Of a stretch of 64,000 bases of DNA, positions 1 to 12,700 are shown in pieces; position 1 is the stretch's first letter, and every line of letters starts with the position of its first letter. Made by a program: the position numbers and the translations under genes. Below the pieces are notes generated by a model that did not search any database, had not been told where the DNA came from, and saw only the letters and a list, made by a program, of their open reading frames with translations. The stretch is from Dimorphilus gyrociliatus (taxonomy: Eukaryota; Animalia; Annelida): the NCBI GenBank assembly GCA_904063045.1, contig CAJFCJ010000028.1:949232-1013231 (forward strand). Direction: 5' to 3'.

Positions 1-2
1 AG

Positions 3-200
3 AAGAGTCAAAAATACTATCCAAAAGCGAATAAAGTTGATGCTTTCGTTGCTCATTATAGAAAGCAGAAGACTTGCGGAAAAGAAGTAAATAAATACGT
101 TAAAGATACAACAATCGACAGAATTGAAGGCAAATTAAGTGAACATTTTAATATTGTAAAACAATATTTCAAAACTAAAAGTTTATTATCATATTCCTAG
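3..200 (+). CDS. Partial (3' end) CDS, probable glycosyltransferase family 92 / DUF23-like C-terminus
   Basis: Stop-free frame from the window edge to TAG at 198-200: KSQKYYPKANKVDAFVAHYRKQKTCGKEVNKYVKDTTIDRIEGKLSEHFNIVKQYFKTKSLLSYS*. The xxHYR...C...VxDT pattern followed by an amphipathic helix resembles GT92/DUF23 C-termini (recalled). There is no ATG, so the ORF track misses it. Confidence 0.45.
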   Translation, partial: KSQKYYPKANKVDAFVAHYRKQKTCGKEVNKYVKDTTIDRIEGKLSEHFNIVKQYFKTKSLLSYS

Positions 201-1165
201 GAAAACAAGCAAAAACATTAAAATAAAACCATATTAGTTTATTTAAAAACAAAGTGAAAAATCATCTTCATTTGTTAATAGAATCATAAAGAACGTTTGG
301 AAATAGAGAAATATTGAAATTTATTGATTAGTTATTTAATATTGATAAACGAATAAGATAACCATCTCTCTTTAACTTACATATTTACGGATATTAACTA
401 GATATATTCAACAATGACTATCTGAAACATCAATTCCAGATTCATTAAACGAGCTCTGGTCCCTTCGTCTATACTTTGATACTCTTATTTTCTTCCCTTA
501 TAATACTAGAAGATGTTGCCCTGCTACCTTCATCGTCTATGTTGATGGCGTGTTAGTGTCCAGTAAAAACTCGTAAGAGTTTATACATCATCCGCACATC
601 ATATTAGAGAATAGCCTTTTCTTCCGGGTGTATTAAAACCTAAGTTAAATAATTTATGCTAGAGAGATTGCTATTGTCCCTCTATGGAAATAATCAAGCT
701 TTATCTTAATAAAGATGGACCACACAATTTAGATATCAATTGCCTCAAATAGTCATTTTGTTCCATCAATCTACAAAAAAGAAAATGATGGTTGACCTAT
801 ACGTTATTGGTTTTCTTCTAGAATCATAAATAAGAAGCTTATTTTCCTTAATAGAGAATTATGACTTTCAAAGTCAAAGACACCAAGTTCTATTCTTATT
901 ACAATGAAAAGATATAGAAAAGTGTATATTATATATTTATAGTTAAAGTTACTATAAGTAGGACAGTGTCAGCTACCTTATATTATCTTATGTATTACTA
1001 ATTTTAATCAGCACTTATGGTTCTTAATGCAAACAAAGCCTATAATTGAAGTCACATTTCAGCCTTTTCAAGGAGATTTAATACTTTATTTTTCATTCTT
1101 AAAAGTCTATCTGAAACTCGGTTGATTTTTTCCGATACAACATTAAATTATCTTATTAAACAACT

Positions 1166-2820
1166 ATGGAAAGTATTAGATTACCTTATAGCTATTTTAC
1201 TAAAGAGGAGTCATGCTTTTTGGCAATAGATGCAGGTGTTTATATTTATAGATATACATAAATATGTTTATCTCTTCGTTTCTAACAACCTTCCTTAACA
1301 TGTAGGTTGTTCATTAACCAAACTTGCATATGTGAATAAAAATGATTGGAATGATGGAATAAGCAATCAAAAGGTTTTTATATCTTTTCAATTATTATTT
1401 TACATAATTTTTTCATTATTCTTCTTTATTTTATAGAATAAACCGGATTTCGTCAATGTGACACTCAAAGTGTACGATTCAAGTGAAGATCCAATGAATA
1501 TTATTCAAGATGTAGAAAAGATTATTGCTAAAGGATCGTGTATTAATTTATGCGGAACAATGCTGTCCAAATTTTTAGCTCCAGTTGAAAAATTTCTAAA
1601 TATACGGTCGCTTATTGATTTACAATTATAAAAACTTATTTATAAACAACTTCTATTTTTTAATAGATGTGTTACTATATCTGAATTTGATTCGATTGGA
1701 TCAGCGTTTGCAGCTTTAAAAGATGAAAAAGATATCTTCGAACATAATGACAAGGATGTGATTGAGGACGCTCAACGACACTTGATTCCAATGATACTTG
1801 CTTTAGCTCCTTTCGGATCGTATCATTTGAATAATTGGGATGAAAATAGCGAATCCAAGACCATTGAGTTACCTTGCATGGTAGCAACTATTGGAGCTAG
1901 TTGTCTGTACTTTAAAGTAATATTTCTCGCCATTATCTTCATCTATTTAATATAATATTCAGTAATATACAGTTATCTTTATAGTTAGATAGTGAAGGCG
2001 AAATAACTCCAGTAGACGGTAGTATGTTTGCTGGTTCAACTCTACTCGGTCTCGGATCATTATTAACTGGTTGTAAGGTATAAAATCAGCAAATAGAACA
2101 AATATAAAAAAAAGACATTTTAAAAATAAATTCATTTATTATGTTTTTTTCCCAGTTTTAACTAACGAAACATTTTCTATATTTACTTTAAAAATAGAAT
2201 TTCGAAGAATTAGTTCAATTAGCCGAAGCTGGTTCGAATAAAAGTCTAGATATTTTTAGCAGAGAATTAATATATAATTCTGGGGATTTTCAACAAGATT
2301 TTATGCCACCGGATTGGATCTCATACGCTTTTGGAAAAGCTAAAGGATGTAAAATAGGTAATCCTATTTTTATCTATGATAATCCTTGAAAATTCTTTTT
2401 TTTTATATTTTTTCTCTCAATTTCTTCTACTTCATTAGAAGATTTTAGCAAAGAAGATCTTGCAAATACATTAGTTAATAGCATTCTAATGAATATAACT
2501 CATACATGTCACATGTGCGCTCAAACTAACAATTTGACAAGAATTTATATTGTTGGAGGACTTTGCATGAGTAGATTAGTCAGAGATACAATAACTAGAG
2601 ATATTGTATTACGTTGTGGTCTACGAAAAGGAAAGGTAGCTTTTGTTAAATATACAAATACATTTTTAATATTTATTTTTAATATAAAACTATTCCTCAG
2701 GCAAAAAAAATAGATGTTTTCTTCCTTAAACAAGCCGTTTACTTCCAAGCAATTGGAAATCTTTTGTATAACGATTGCATTGAAAATGAAGCAAATCAGA
2801 CTAATAATGACGCTGAATAA
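1166..2820 (+). CDS. PANK: Divergent type II pantothenate kinase-like protein, 8 exons, 375 aa
   Basis: Exons 1166-1235, 1306-1373, 1437-1606, 1667-1916, 1985-2077, 2198-2357, 2439-2635, 2701-2820. All are GT-AG and phase-consistent (1128 nt). Motifs LAIDAGCSLTKLAY, SEFDSIG, GSTLLGLGSLLTGCKNFEELVQLAEAG, YAFGK, FSKEDLA, RIYIVGG and QAVYFQAIGNLL are collinear with eukaryotic PanK. Confidence 0.88.
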
Positions 2821-3433
2821 TTTCTCCTATATTTTCTTCATTCTCTCCTCTTCCACCTCCTCTCTTTCCAGTATGATCGAAAAGAAGAAAATCCCATTAA
2901 TTCTTAATAATTTAGAATATTTTCAATGAATATTTATGCTATCGATCCTTTTGCATAATTAATAAAAGATGTATCGTCAACATGTACATTTCTATAGTAT
3001 ATAGGAGTAAACAACAGGTAATTTTTTGTCTGCACTAGTTTATGCAAATTAATTCCAATTAATAGATGGATTAAGCTAAGAGGGAATGTAACATTTATAA
3101 AGAAAGAGGAAGGAATAGAGAGAATAGGGAGGAGTTGGGTGACGTGACAGGGAGGATAGAGATAGAGGAAGGGAAAGTGAAAGAGATGTTAATTTAATAA
3201 AATAATATAAATTGTTAACAAAATTTAAATCGAATAGCCATTTCATCTAAAATAATTCATTAGGAAAGAAAGAAAAACAATACAGACTAAATAAGGAACA
3301 CATGGCCTGTTTTATAGTTTAATATAGAAATATTTTTTATTGTTGCTTTTGAAAAATCATTAATTTTTAGTTAGTCAACTTTTACCAGATGTTTATAATT
3401 TTTTATTTCATTATTAAACGTTTCAGATTTACC

Positions 3434-3595
3434 ATGGCTTTGATTCTGACCATAGGAATTGCTGCCGCTTGTGCAGTAGGGATTTGTGGAGTTTTTGGTG
3501 CATTCTACTGGATCTGCTTTAAAATTAGAGGAACTAATCATCGAGAGAAAGTTAAAGCTTTTGCTAAAGTAAACAACAGGACAAGTATAGCTTGA
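3434..3595 (+). CDS. Candidate 53-aa single-pass membrane microprotein
   Basis: ACCATGG Kozak context just after an acceptor (tttcag at 3421-3426), with a matching donor (cag|gtaatt) at about 3018. Protein MALILTIGIAAACAVGICGVFGAFYWICFKIRGTNHREKVKAFAKVNNRTSIA has a hydrophobic helix followed by a basic tail. Confidence 0.55.
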   Translation: MALILTIGIAAACAVGICGVFGAFYWICFKIRGTNHREKVKAFAKVNNRTSIA

Positions 3596-4925
3596 AATGA
3601 AGCTTTTAAAGATTATATCAACTATAACCAACTATTTGATTTAATTAAGTATATACAGTAAATGTTGTTAACATTTTCACTTTTCTAGAAAAATGTATGG
3701 TTAAGATTATCATATAACCACAATGCTCAGTTCTAAGCAGTATTTAATCAATTCGAAACAAATGGAACTATAAAATAAACTGTCAAGAAAAATTTTGAGG
3801 CGTCTATTTATTTATTTTTTTGAAGTTTGTACAACAAAATGATATTCTAATATAAGAAAATGTTTTCTTGTTTTGTTTCGATGCTATCGTCTTTCATTCT
3901 CACTGAAATTGTTATTCTGAAACCATCCGGAAAGAAACCTTTCGAGACACCTACATACTGGCACCTTCAACGTCTTCTCTTATAAACTTTCTCGATCTCT
4001 CGAAACACCATAACATTACAATCGTTTCGAGCCTGATGTAATGATGATTTTGTGCAACAGTAGGTGGCGCCTATAGTATCATCAGTTTCCTAACTACCTG
4101 ATGTTCCAGAAACGTTAGTCGAAGTTTATCAACTAATGGTTTTCAGTTGAGAAAATGGAAAAGTTGTATTTTATATCTCTAACGAGATTAATTAATAAGT
4201 CTTTTCTCTATAATTTTCGCTTTTCGTATTTTTTCGGCCTATTTCCTGCTTTTTCGTGTACAAACAACTGATTTAATTTCAAAAACATTGTAAGCTGTTT
4301 TTTTCCCCTTTTTTTATGTATAAGTCGATGTGGGAAAGAAATAAAAGACAAGAAAAAAAATCTTACATGACTATAGAATAATAAATTAGAATCAAGATAA
4401 AGAATCAAAATTTTTAATACAAACAAAATCTGTACTCTCTTTATAAGTAAAAACAATATGTGTAGGCTTATGTCAAAAAAGAAAAAGAGAAGGAAATAAA
4501 ACGACACTGGAGAATTTAGATGAGGCATTTTAAGAAAAAAAACTACTTAAAAAGAATAAAATCATAATAAAAAAAAGAAGTGAATGACTTAAAAAGCTCT
4601 TTTAAGATTAAGTAAAACAAAAACAAAACAAGAGAGAGAAATTGGCTAACTTATAGAAGAAAAAAATAGATAAGTCGGCAGAAAGAGAGAGAGAGAGGAA
4701 GAGTAGCAGCAGGAGAGTGGGAAAGATAGGGATGGAAAAAGAGAGGAAAGAGCCAAAAGACTGAATCCTATATAAATGATAAAGGCTCTAACAATTAACG
4801 GAACTTTCGCATCTTTCTTCCTTTCCCAACCCCAGCCCCCTCTCGCTCTCCTTTTTTCAGGTCTGTCTTACTCAAATACACCCACACACACACATATATA
4901 TACATATGTATATATATGCTTTCTT

Positions 4926-4929
<4 letters not shown>

Positions 4930-4957
<28 letters not shown>
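4930..4957. repeat. (CT)n microsatellite
   Basis: Pure CT dinucleotide run. Confidence 0.9.
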
Positions 4958-4961
<4 letters not shown>

Positions 4962-4996
4962 CTATCTTCTTTTCTCTTTCTCTCCATCAATCCTCA

Positions 4997-6296
4997 CTAA
5001 CATTCGATAATCCAAATGCGATTCGATCCATTTTCGCTGCAAACTATTCTTGTTTGTTCTTTATCTAATAATCTGATAAAAAATGGTTTAAAACCAAGAT
5101 GTAAATCATCTATTTGCTGCCATTCGTCTGAAAACAGTTCAATTTTTAATCTATCGCTACATCCCAATAGTATTCCCTCGCTAGTTGAATATATACTAGA
5201 GGGAGGTGTTTGAGAATGGAATCTCCTTCCTGGGAGTCCACTGCTTATATCCAGAGATTCAACTTGTTTGTTACAATTGTCGATTAGATATAGCCATTTC
5301 TCTGTGGGACTAATAGAGAAAGGATTTCTAAAATTACATCTGGAATGCCAAAGTATTGCTTGACTTGAATCAAAGCAGTACACCACGTAAGGGCAACTGA
5401 CAAATAATTTTTTGTTGGAGGATGCTATAGCTAGAGGCTTTTCTACGGATACCCACAAAGAAAAGCTTGGTTGCCCATTAGATGTCCTCAAAATTCTACT
5501 TCCGGTATAGTCGGAAACAAATAGGTCATCGTCTTCTTCGCAGACACAAGTCTTAGCTGTGTTCATCCATATAACGTCTCTAATAAATTGTCCATCCTTG
5601 GAATATTTACTAATTAAACTCTGACCCTGAGGGTGTATTCTAACTATTCTTGAAACAAAGATGGCATTCTTTCCTACAAAGATATCTTGTACTCTAACAC
5701 ATTCAGTGACGAATGAGGTCATCTTTGGTGGTTTTTTAAACGGTTTTACTATCAATTAAGAAAGAAAATAATTTAAAATTCCAATATTCGTTTTAATAGA
5801 AAATTCGCCGAAACGTACCTTTCATAACTTTACCTATAGATACAAAATTTTCTGGTCTAAACCAGCAAGAATCTGGTATTATTCTTGATTTAAACAAACT
5901 TCTCACGTTAGACCTTAATGTCTCAGCTTCATTTTCAATCTGTAATTTGACTTTTTGCAATTGTAAATCTATTTGCTTTAAAACAACTTCTTCTTCTTCG
6001 TGAATTAGTCTAACTCTATCTGTACCTTCTTCCTCGTAAATTTTCAACTTTCGGGCATTCTTAAGTGTTCTATTGGAAGTAAGAGCGTCTACCCCACCTG
6101 GTAAAACCTTTGAACGAAATCTACACGTCGGACAAGCCAGAGTTTCTTTACCCACCGCTGCTATCATACTCTGCAAACAATTTCTGCAGAAAGTGTGACC
6201 ACACTCCAATTGTTTCGGGTCGTTTTCGTACCATGATTTTAAACAAATTGTACATTCTGTAAATTCTTCAGAAATTGTTATGAGTGTTTGTGCCAT
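4997..6296 (-). CDS. RING-HC E3 ligase with short coiled coil and degenerate NHL/beta-propeller C-terminus (TRIM2/3-like, no B-box), 2 exons, 409 aa
   Basis: ATG at 6296 in CCCACCATGG context. Exon 1 5819-6296 (CTICL...LECGHTFCRNCL...CPTCR...LPGGVDALTSN); 70-nt phase-1 intron gtacgt..gatag; exon 2 4997-5748 with NHL-like repeats (DLFVSDYTGSRI, WLYLIDNCNKQV). Confidence 0.85.
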
Positions 6297-6751
6297 GGTG
6301 GGCAATGGGGCTGAAACTGACACGGGATAGTTACTTAATTTGAGTTATACTTATTATTGTATTATAGGCCTAATGAGTCTCCAAGAGTTAATTACTGTTC
6401 TTTTTTATGTTTAGCAGAGTAATAAGGTTAATAAATGTCGGAGAAAAGTTTCCTTTCTTTTCTTTTGTTTATGTAATAAAATTACCCTTTCTATCATTCT
6501 CTGTTAAATTCATTAATTAGAGTATCTAAAAGTAATAACGAAGTATAGATGAATAAAGAAAAAATGTCGATTTAATGCCTTGTATTGATATAGATAGAAT
6601 AATCATGCAGAGATATCTACAAGAAAACAAGGCTATAACAAAAAAATTATTGCAAAAATTAGGAAAAAATTTTGATTGGTTGAACTCTAAAAGTTTCAAG
6701 GGAACGTTGTCGGTTGTGCTCTTTCTTAAATTATTGTATAGTTTGTCACCT

Positions 6752-9700
6752 CTACCATAATTGTACTTTTTCAAAGTTTGACTCCTTCCTCGTCTCCCAA
6801 TATTTTCCATTAAATGAATAGCTATCCTGCCCTTCACTTTTTTGGAACCATTTCGGTTTATACGTGATATTATCCATTTCCCTTTGCTTCCTGCGTTCTC
6901 GTTGCAATTGTTCTAATCTAATTTTCTCACTTTCAGCATCTGATATTCTTCCTTCTTCCAGAGCTCTTTGGTCTGGTCTAAATCTTGTGTCCGTCGGCGC
7001 ATAATTTGAATCGTGCACTTTTTCAATTTCATTCAGTTCAATGGCAAATCTTGAAAAATTGAAATAATGAGTCGAATCCTCAGGTAAAGTTCCAGGACGC
7101 CATATACAACGAGCAGAAGGTGCTTTTCCACAATAAATTCCTTCATTCCATTTTCCAAATATTTCTTGAACAACTTCACCGTTTTCATTATGAATTGAGC
7201 CTACAACTTGGTGCCTTTTGTCTTGCCAGAGACCACCCTTAAAGTTGAAGTATAAATATATTATATTGTATCTATCTACACTATTAAGTTATGTATACTT
7301 TTTTAAAGAATTTAATTTTAGCATGAACGCCAGTTGTTGAAGAAATGTGAATAACTCCTTCGTGTTCAATCCAACATTCACCCATTAAGATATTATGAAT
7401 ACAAGTTTTAACTTTATTCCATTTATAATGGTCCTTAAATCTATAAGAGAAGTAAAAATATAAGCATATAGTATGTTAAACATTAGACTAAAATGATATC
7501 CTTTTAATGAACGTTTTATTGATCTTTAAATTTTAATACATACTTTGGTATAATTAGATTTATCAAGCCAGTAGGTTCTACCTCGCAAGAGCGGCCATAA
7601 AGTTTCATTTTAACGCAAACATCTTTAATAATGCAAATATGTATATATATATTTAAAATTTTATTGACCACTAAACGAAAGATAATTTTTACCTAGCCAA
7701 TAAATAAAATTCTTTGAGGTGCAATGAGCTGCTGATATAGGTGGATGGTGGCTGACCTGTTATGAAAAGATTTCCGTTTTATCATAAGCTATTATTCGTA
7801 ATTGTTCTTTTTAAAAAAGGGATGGGAAGTCTCTAGTGAAAAGTACTCTTCTTACATTTATGAACAAAATAAAAAGATCGTCTTGGTTCGAACTTTCATC
7901 ATTTGAGATATATTAGAAAATGTAAAGGATGTTTTTTAAACATACTTATAATCAATATAATGCTTTAAAGAGAGAAGAATAATGAACCGACTGATTTAGG
8001 TACTTGTTTATAGACAATTATTAACGCGATAATATACTGTATAACTAAGTAACTCTGAACTTATAAGAACGGTTGTGCATCTTGAAATATAAAAGAAACA
8101 ATAGTCTGATCAATACTATCAGAGACTTCATAGCCTATATAGTATAAGAAAACCATTGTTTATTATATACATCTGCAGTAAAATCGAAAAAGGAATTTAA
8201 AAGGTCATTTCGTACTTGCGAACAAATTACCTATTTTCAATGTTATAAACAGCATTCGAGTAAAAATAGTTCCGTTAGATGTGTCATTTTATAAAAAAAT
8301 TTTATATACGTGCTACTTATGTATTAATCTTGTAAAATTGAAATATACATAGAGTAAGTGAGATCACGTTATATAACCGTAGTTTTTGTACATACCTGTT
8401 CAGAAATAAATTTCCAGCCCATGTCCTCTCTAACACATTCATAAGTCTCTCCTAATAATGGATTAAATGGCTTTTGTTTTGGTCTATGAAATGTATAAGC
8501 ATAACAACTTATACTAAATGCAGCTACTAAGACCTGTAGGAGGGAATTGTTAAAGTTAAACAAAGAGAAAATTATTTCTTTTCGAAAGTATACCATTCTC
8601 TCAATTGGATCTTCGGTAGAAGCAGCTTTATCCAATAAATCAGAATATTCAAGTTCCTCACAAAGTCTCTGTTTAAATTAAGGAAAAAACAACATGACAA
8701 TTGCTTGGAAAAATTCGATTAATCTATTTTACGTACTTGTAGAGCTCCAAGTGGTTCGTTTAAAGTAATTGGCATAGAAATCTTAGACAGATCTCTGCCC
8801 ATATTATTTCTTAAGATGCCCCATATATTAGCCCCAGTAAATGTCTGCCTAACAGGTAACTTAGTTCTTCTTCCCGTGCCATGATTAGGTAAGTCATCAT
8901 CAACTAGAAATTCAAAGCAAGTTTTTTATAATAGTAATAATTGGAAATTCTAAGCTCTTACCATCCAAGCCCATTCTAGTTGCGGCATCTTCATCATCAG
9001 ACTCTGTTCCTTCTTCTTCTGTATCATCTGATGATTCTGCTGATGATTCTCTCAGAGATTCTTGAGCATCGTAGAACTCTGCCAATGATGTTGAATCCAA
9101 TGACATTGAACCAGTCAAAATTTTTGTTTGCTACACGAATATTTGATAAACGTTTCAGTATTTGTATAAGAAAGGAAGAATAAGGGAGAAAAATCAATGA
9201 ACTTACTCTGTCAAGGGTAGATACTCTTGGTTTGAATTTATCAGCATCGATACTAGCTTCAGCTTGTATTCTTGATAATTTTAAAGTTAGCTCTTCATTT
9301 AAAGCAGTACTCTATTTGTTTAAAAACGTAGAATTCAATGAAAAATTCAGATAACTAATAATTTTCATCTGAGAAGTAACACTTACTTCATTGAGAGCTT
9401 GTTTCAGGGATGTTATCATTTGATTGTTTGATTCCATTGTAAGATTCTCATCGTTCTCTAGAGCAACCTTTAATTTTTCCTTTTCTTGACCAAGCCTCTT
9501 GAACAAAGAATTGAGCGAATCGTGAACTGTAAAAATACATACGTATCAAGGAATAGTCTATAATTGTTTTTGAAGTACATCGCCAGATGTAAAGAGAAAG
9601 AAACATACTGCATAATAACATTAGCGTAAAATCTCTTATTAAGACTAATATCAATTTATTTTCGATTGAATATATATATACATGTGGAGTATCTAACTGT

Positions 9701-12700
9701 AAAAATGAACTAAACTGAGTCTACGTACTTTTACTAAGCTCGTAAACACAAAATATGGTTCGATAATTCTTAAAATAGCAAAACTATACATTCTATAAAA
9801 ATATAGAAAATTCCCAAGGTAATTCCAAACAGAGCAACAGATATTTTAAAAATATCATAAGTAAACTTAAAAGTTAATGATGCATTAAAAAAAATTCATT
9901 TACCCTTAAATTAAATTAACAATGGAAATTTCTTAGGAAATTTCATTAAGAATTCAACTAAAGTAAAATAAATAGGAGATGTTTAATCAACTCACCAGCT
10001 TTGGCAATAGTTAGGAAATCCTCTTTAAATTTTAGCTCTTCAATATTTCGATCACCGAAAGCTGCAGGAGATGGAGTTTGCGGAAATGACATAGGCCTAT
10101 TTTTCTTTCCATTTGCAGCTAACTCTGATAGGTTGGGATTAGAACTACTTAAAAGCGATGCAGAACCAGTTGATGAGGTGTGTAGACTTCCCTGTAAATA
10201 GTTTTCCGAAAAAGAAAATTTAGTGTACTTGATTCAAATACATATTTTTCTTTCTTTTATTATACAACGTCTTAGGAATGACTTTATTTAACCGTCAATA
10301 GATTCAAAGCACGTATGATAAATTTAATAATAAAAAGTTCATCATAAATAATCGAGACTAATAATTAAATAGAAAATATTTTAATATGAAGATTAAGCAA
10401 ATATGTCATTCCCTTATTTGATTTGAATAAGTTTGTTACATTAAAACTATTTAAAACATTATTTAAAAAGAATGAAAGAGGTGGAAAGAATGAAAGAGCA
10501 TACCGAAGAAGATGGACTCTCTTTTTTCTTCTTTTTGAACGCAATTCTTTTGGATTTTGTACTTGGATTGGGTGATGGTGAAATTTGCTGTGCTATTTCG
10601 CCATTACCATCGTTATACTTGAAAAGTGAGATGAAAAAATAGATAGAGGTTCAGTTATTAGTATTAGAATCTAAAAAAAAGTCTCTTTACTTCTTTAATA
10701 TTTACAATAGTTCATATAAAAAATTTAATAAAATTAAAGATGAAACAGCCATCTAGATTTAGTCCGAAGCATACATACTTTAACCACGTATTCAATGCTT
10801 AGATGTACAATAAAATAATTTAAACGAAGCAATTTAGCCCTAAAATTAGTTAGGTTAGTCTGAACTTCCGATTCCGCCGGGTATATTTTTACTGTATAAT
10901 TTCCTTTAGCTATCTCGTACTGTGTTGGTTTAATTACATTTTATTACTTGCATGGTCTAGTAAATAAAACTATTGTACTATTCTTCAGTGAAGCTACTAT
11001 AATGAAATGGATAGAAAAATTTCATGCAATTAACCTATTGTAATTTATAAATAAAGCGTATTCTTTTATATGATTATCAGAAACTTCAGTCGCTTGTGTA
11101 ATAACAAATGTTATATAATATACAGTATACTATATAAAATTGCTACAAACTATATAAAGGTGGCTGAATAAAACAGAGATGAAAGAGACTTATTTATGTT
11201 CGATTTCGTTAAAGTTACAATATTTAACAAATCAACAAGTTTAAATTTTAATCATTCGTTAATACAATGGCAACTAAAAGTAGTATTTCAATCCAATCAC
11301 TACAGAGTATACTTACATTCTCCTCGAGGAAATTTTCTGTTTCGCTGGACTGATGAAGTCGCTCCAAAATTTGCCCTAATTCGTGGATTTGATTGTTAGC
11401 ATTCTTTAGATCTGTTATTGACAAAAAGAAAAAGTATATTTTTTTTCACAGAAAAGTGAACAGTTCTCATTCGAACTCATTTTCATTAATACAATTAAAA
11501 GATTACGTATTAACTTTTATTTGTCATGTATAAATATTTGCTGCTATGTTTATTTTTAAGAGGCCTCTTACCAAAATAAGTGCCAAAACTTATTGGTATC
11601 TATTCGATAAGGTAGAATAAATATATTCTTTACTCTGTATTATTACCAGTGCAAAAACTGATAGTATTAGTATATTATTTTATATAGAAAAAGCTATGAT
11701 TATCAGATTATTTACCCTAGAGCAAGTTCGTGTAACGTGCTTCAGATAGCAACAACGAGAAAAGAATATCTATATTTATGTGTCATATGTTATTGATATA
11801 GATATTTTCCCTTGAAAGCTGCTAAAAACGTATTAAAAAAATCCTGCACTGATGGTAGTGATATTATGTATACGGTTTGTTTTATGTGAGGTTTCAATAT
11901 TTCTTGTATAAGAAAAAGACATCAAAAATTGAGTTATATCTCCTTCATTGTGCTGTTTTATAATGTTTAGACATACATTGTTATAACGAATATATATATA
12001 CTGTATATATACTGTGTATATTTAAACGTAAGGCTATATTTTATTGGGATAAACATACCTCCATTACACATCTCCATTCCGCTATCTTCAGCAAGCCAGG
12101 CGTATCCCACTTGGCTTTTGTCGACCATACTAACTTTTCTTTTTAAGCTACTTCTTGTTGAAGCTGTTGAAGAAAGAAAGTATATGAATGTATCATTCAT
12201 TAATATTAGACAAATATTAACCAAGAGGAGATGTAATTGGTGTAAGCTCCCTAGACACATCTTTTTGAAGGATATTTTGCCTAAAAAGCCTATGTTCCAA
12301 TAAGGCCTTTATCCAGTAGTCAAAAGATTTTGGATTCTTTTCCTAAAATTAATAGAAACTTTAATTTTGCACACATAAAAGACATAAGAAACGTAGGGAT
12401 TATTTTTTTAGTAAGACTTATTTATGATCTGTATCGCACTCTAAATACTTTATATTGAAAATATTGTAGTATGTATCGTATCATTAAGAAAAATTTAAAG
12501 TATTCAGACTAAAGCTTTCTGAAAGCATTCAAAGAGTGTTATTTGTTCTTATAATTAGACGTTAGGAACGTCACTAAAGTCAGGACATCAATAGTATTAA
12601 GAGGGTCTTTCGGGATGTTAGTATAAAAAAATTCCATGCTAAAGATAGATCAATAGAATAAATATTTCCCTCCCCTCTCCTTCATCAACAAAAGAAAATC

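Noticed and set aside
380-900. Coding-looking fragments on the minus strand (e.g. MEQNDYLRQLISKLCG)
   Set aside because: No set of splice sites gave a stop-free chain, and there is no recognisable motif.
3850-4530. GC-richer stretch and the 106-aa ORF 4208-4528
   Set aside because: All frames close within about 40 codons outside the Phe/Leu-rich low-complexity ORF. The only rescuing intron would be 27 nt. It may be a non-coding transcript but nothing supports that.
7496-7505. ATATCCTTTT, U12-type donor look-alike
   Set aside because: It is on the strand opposite the host ORP gene. All modelled introns are ordinary GT-AG.
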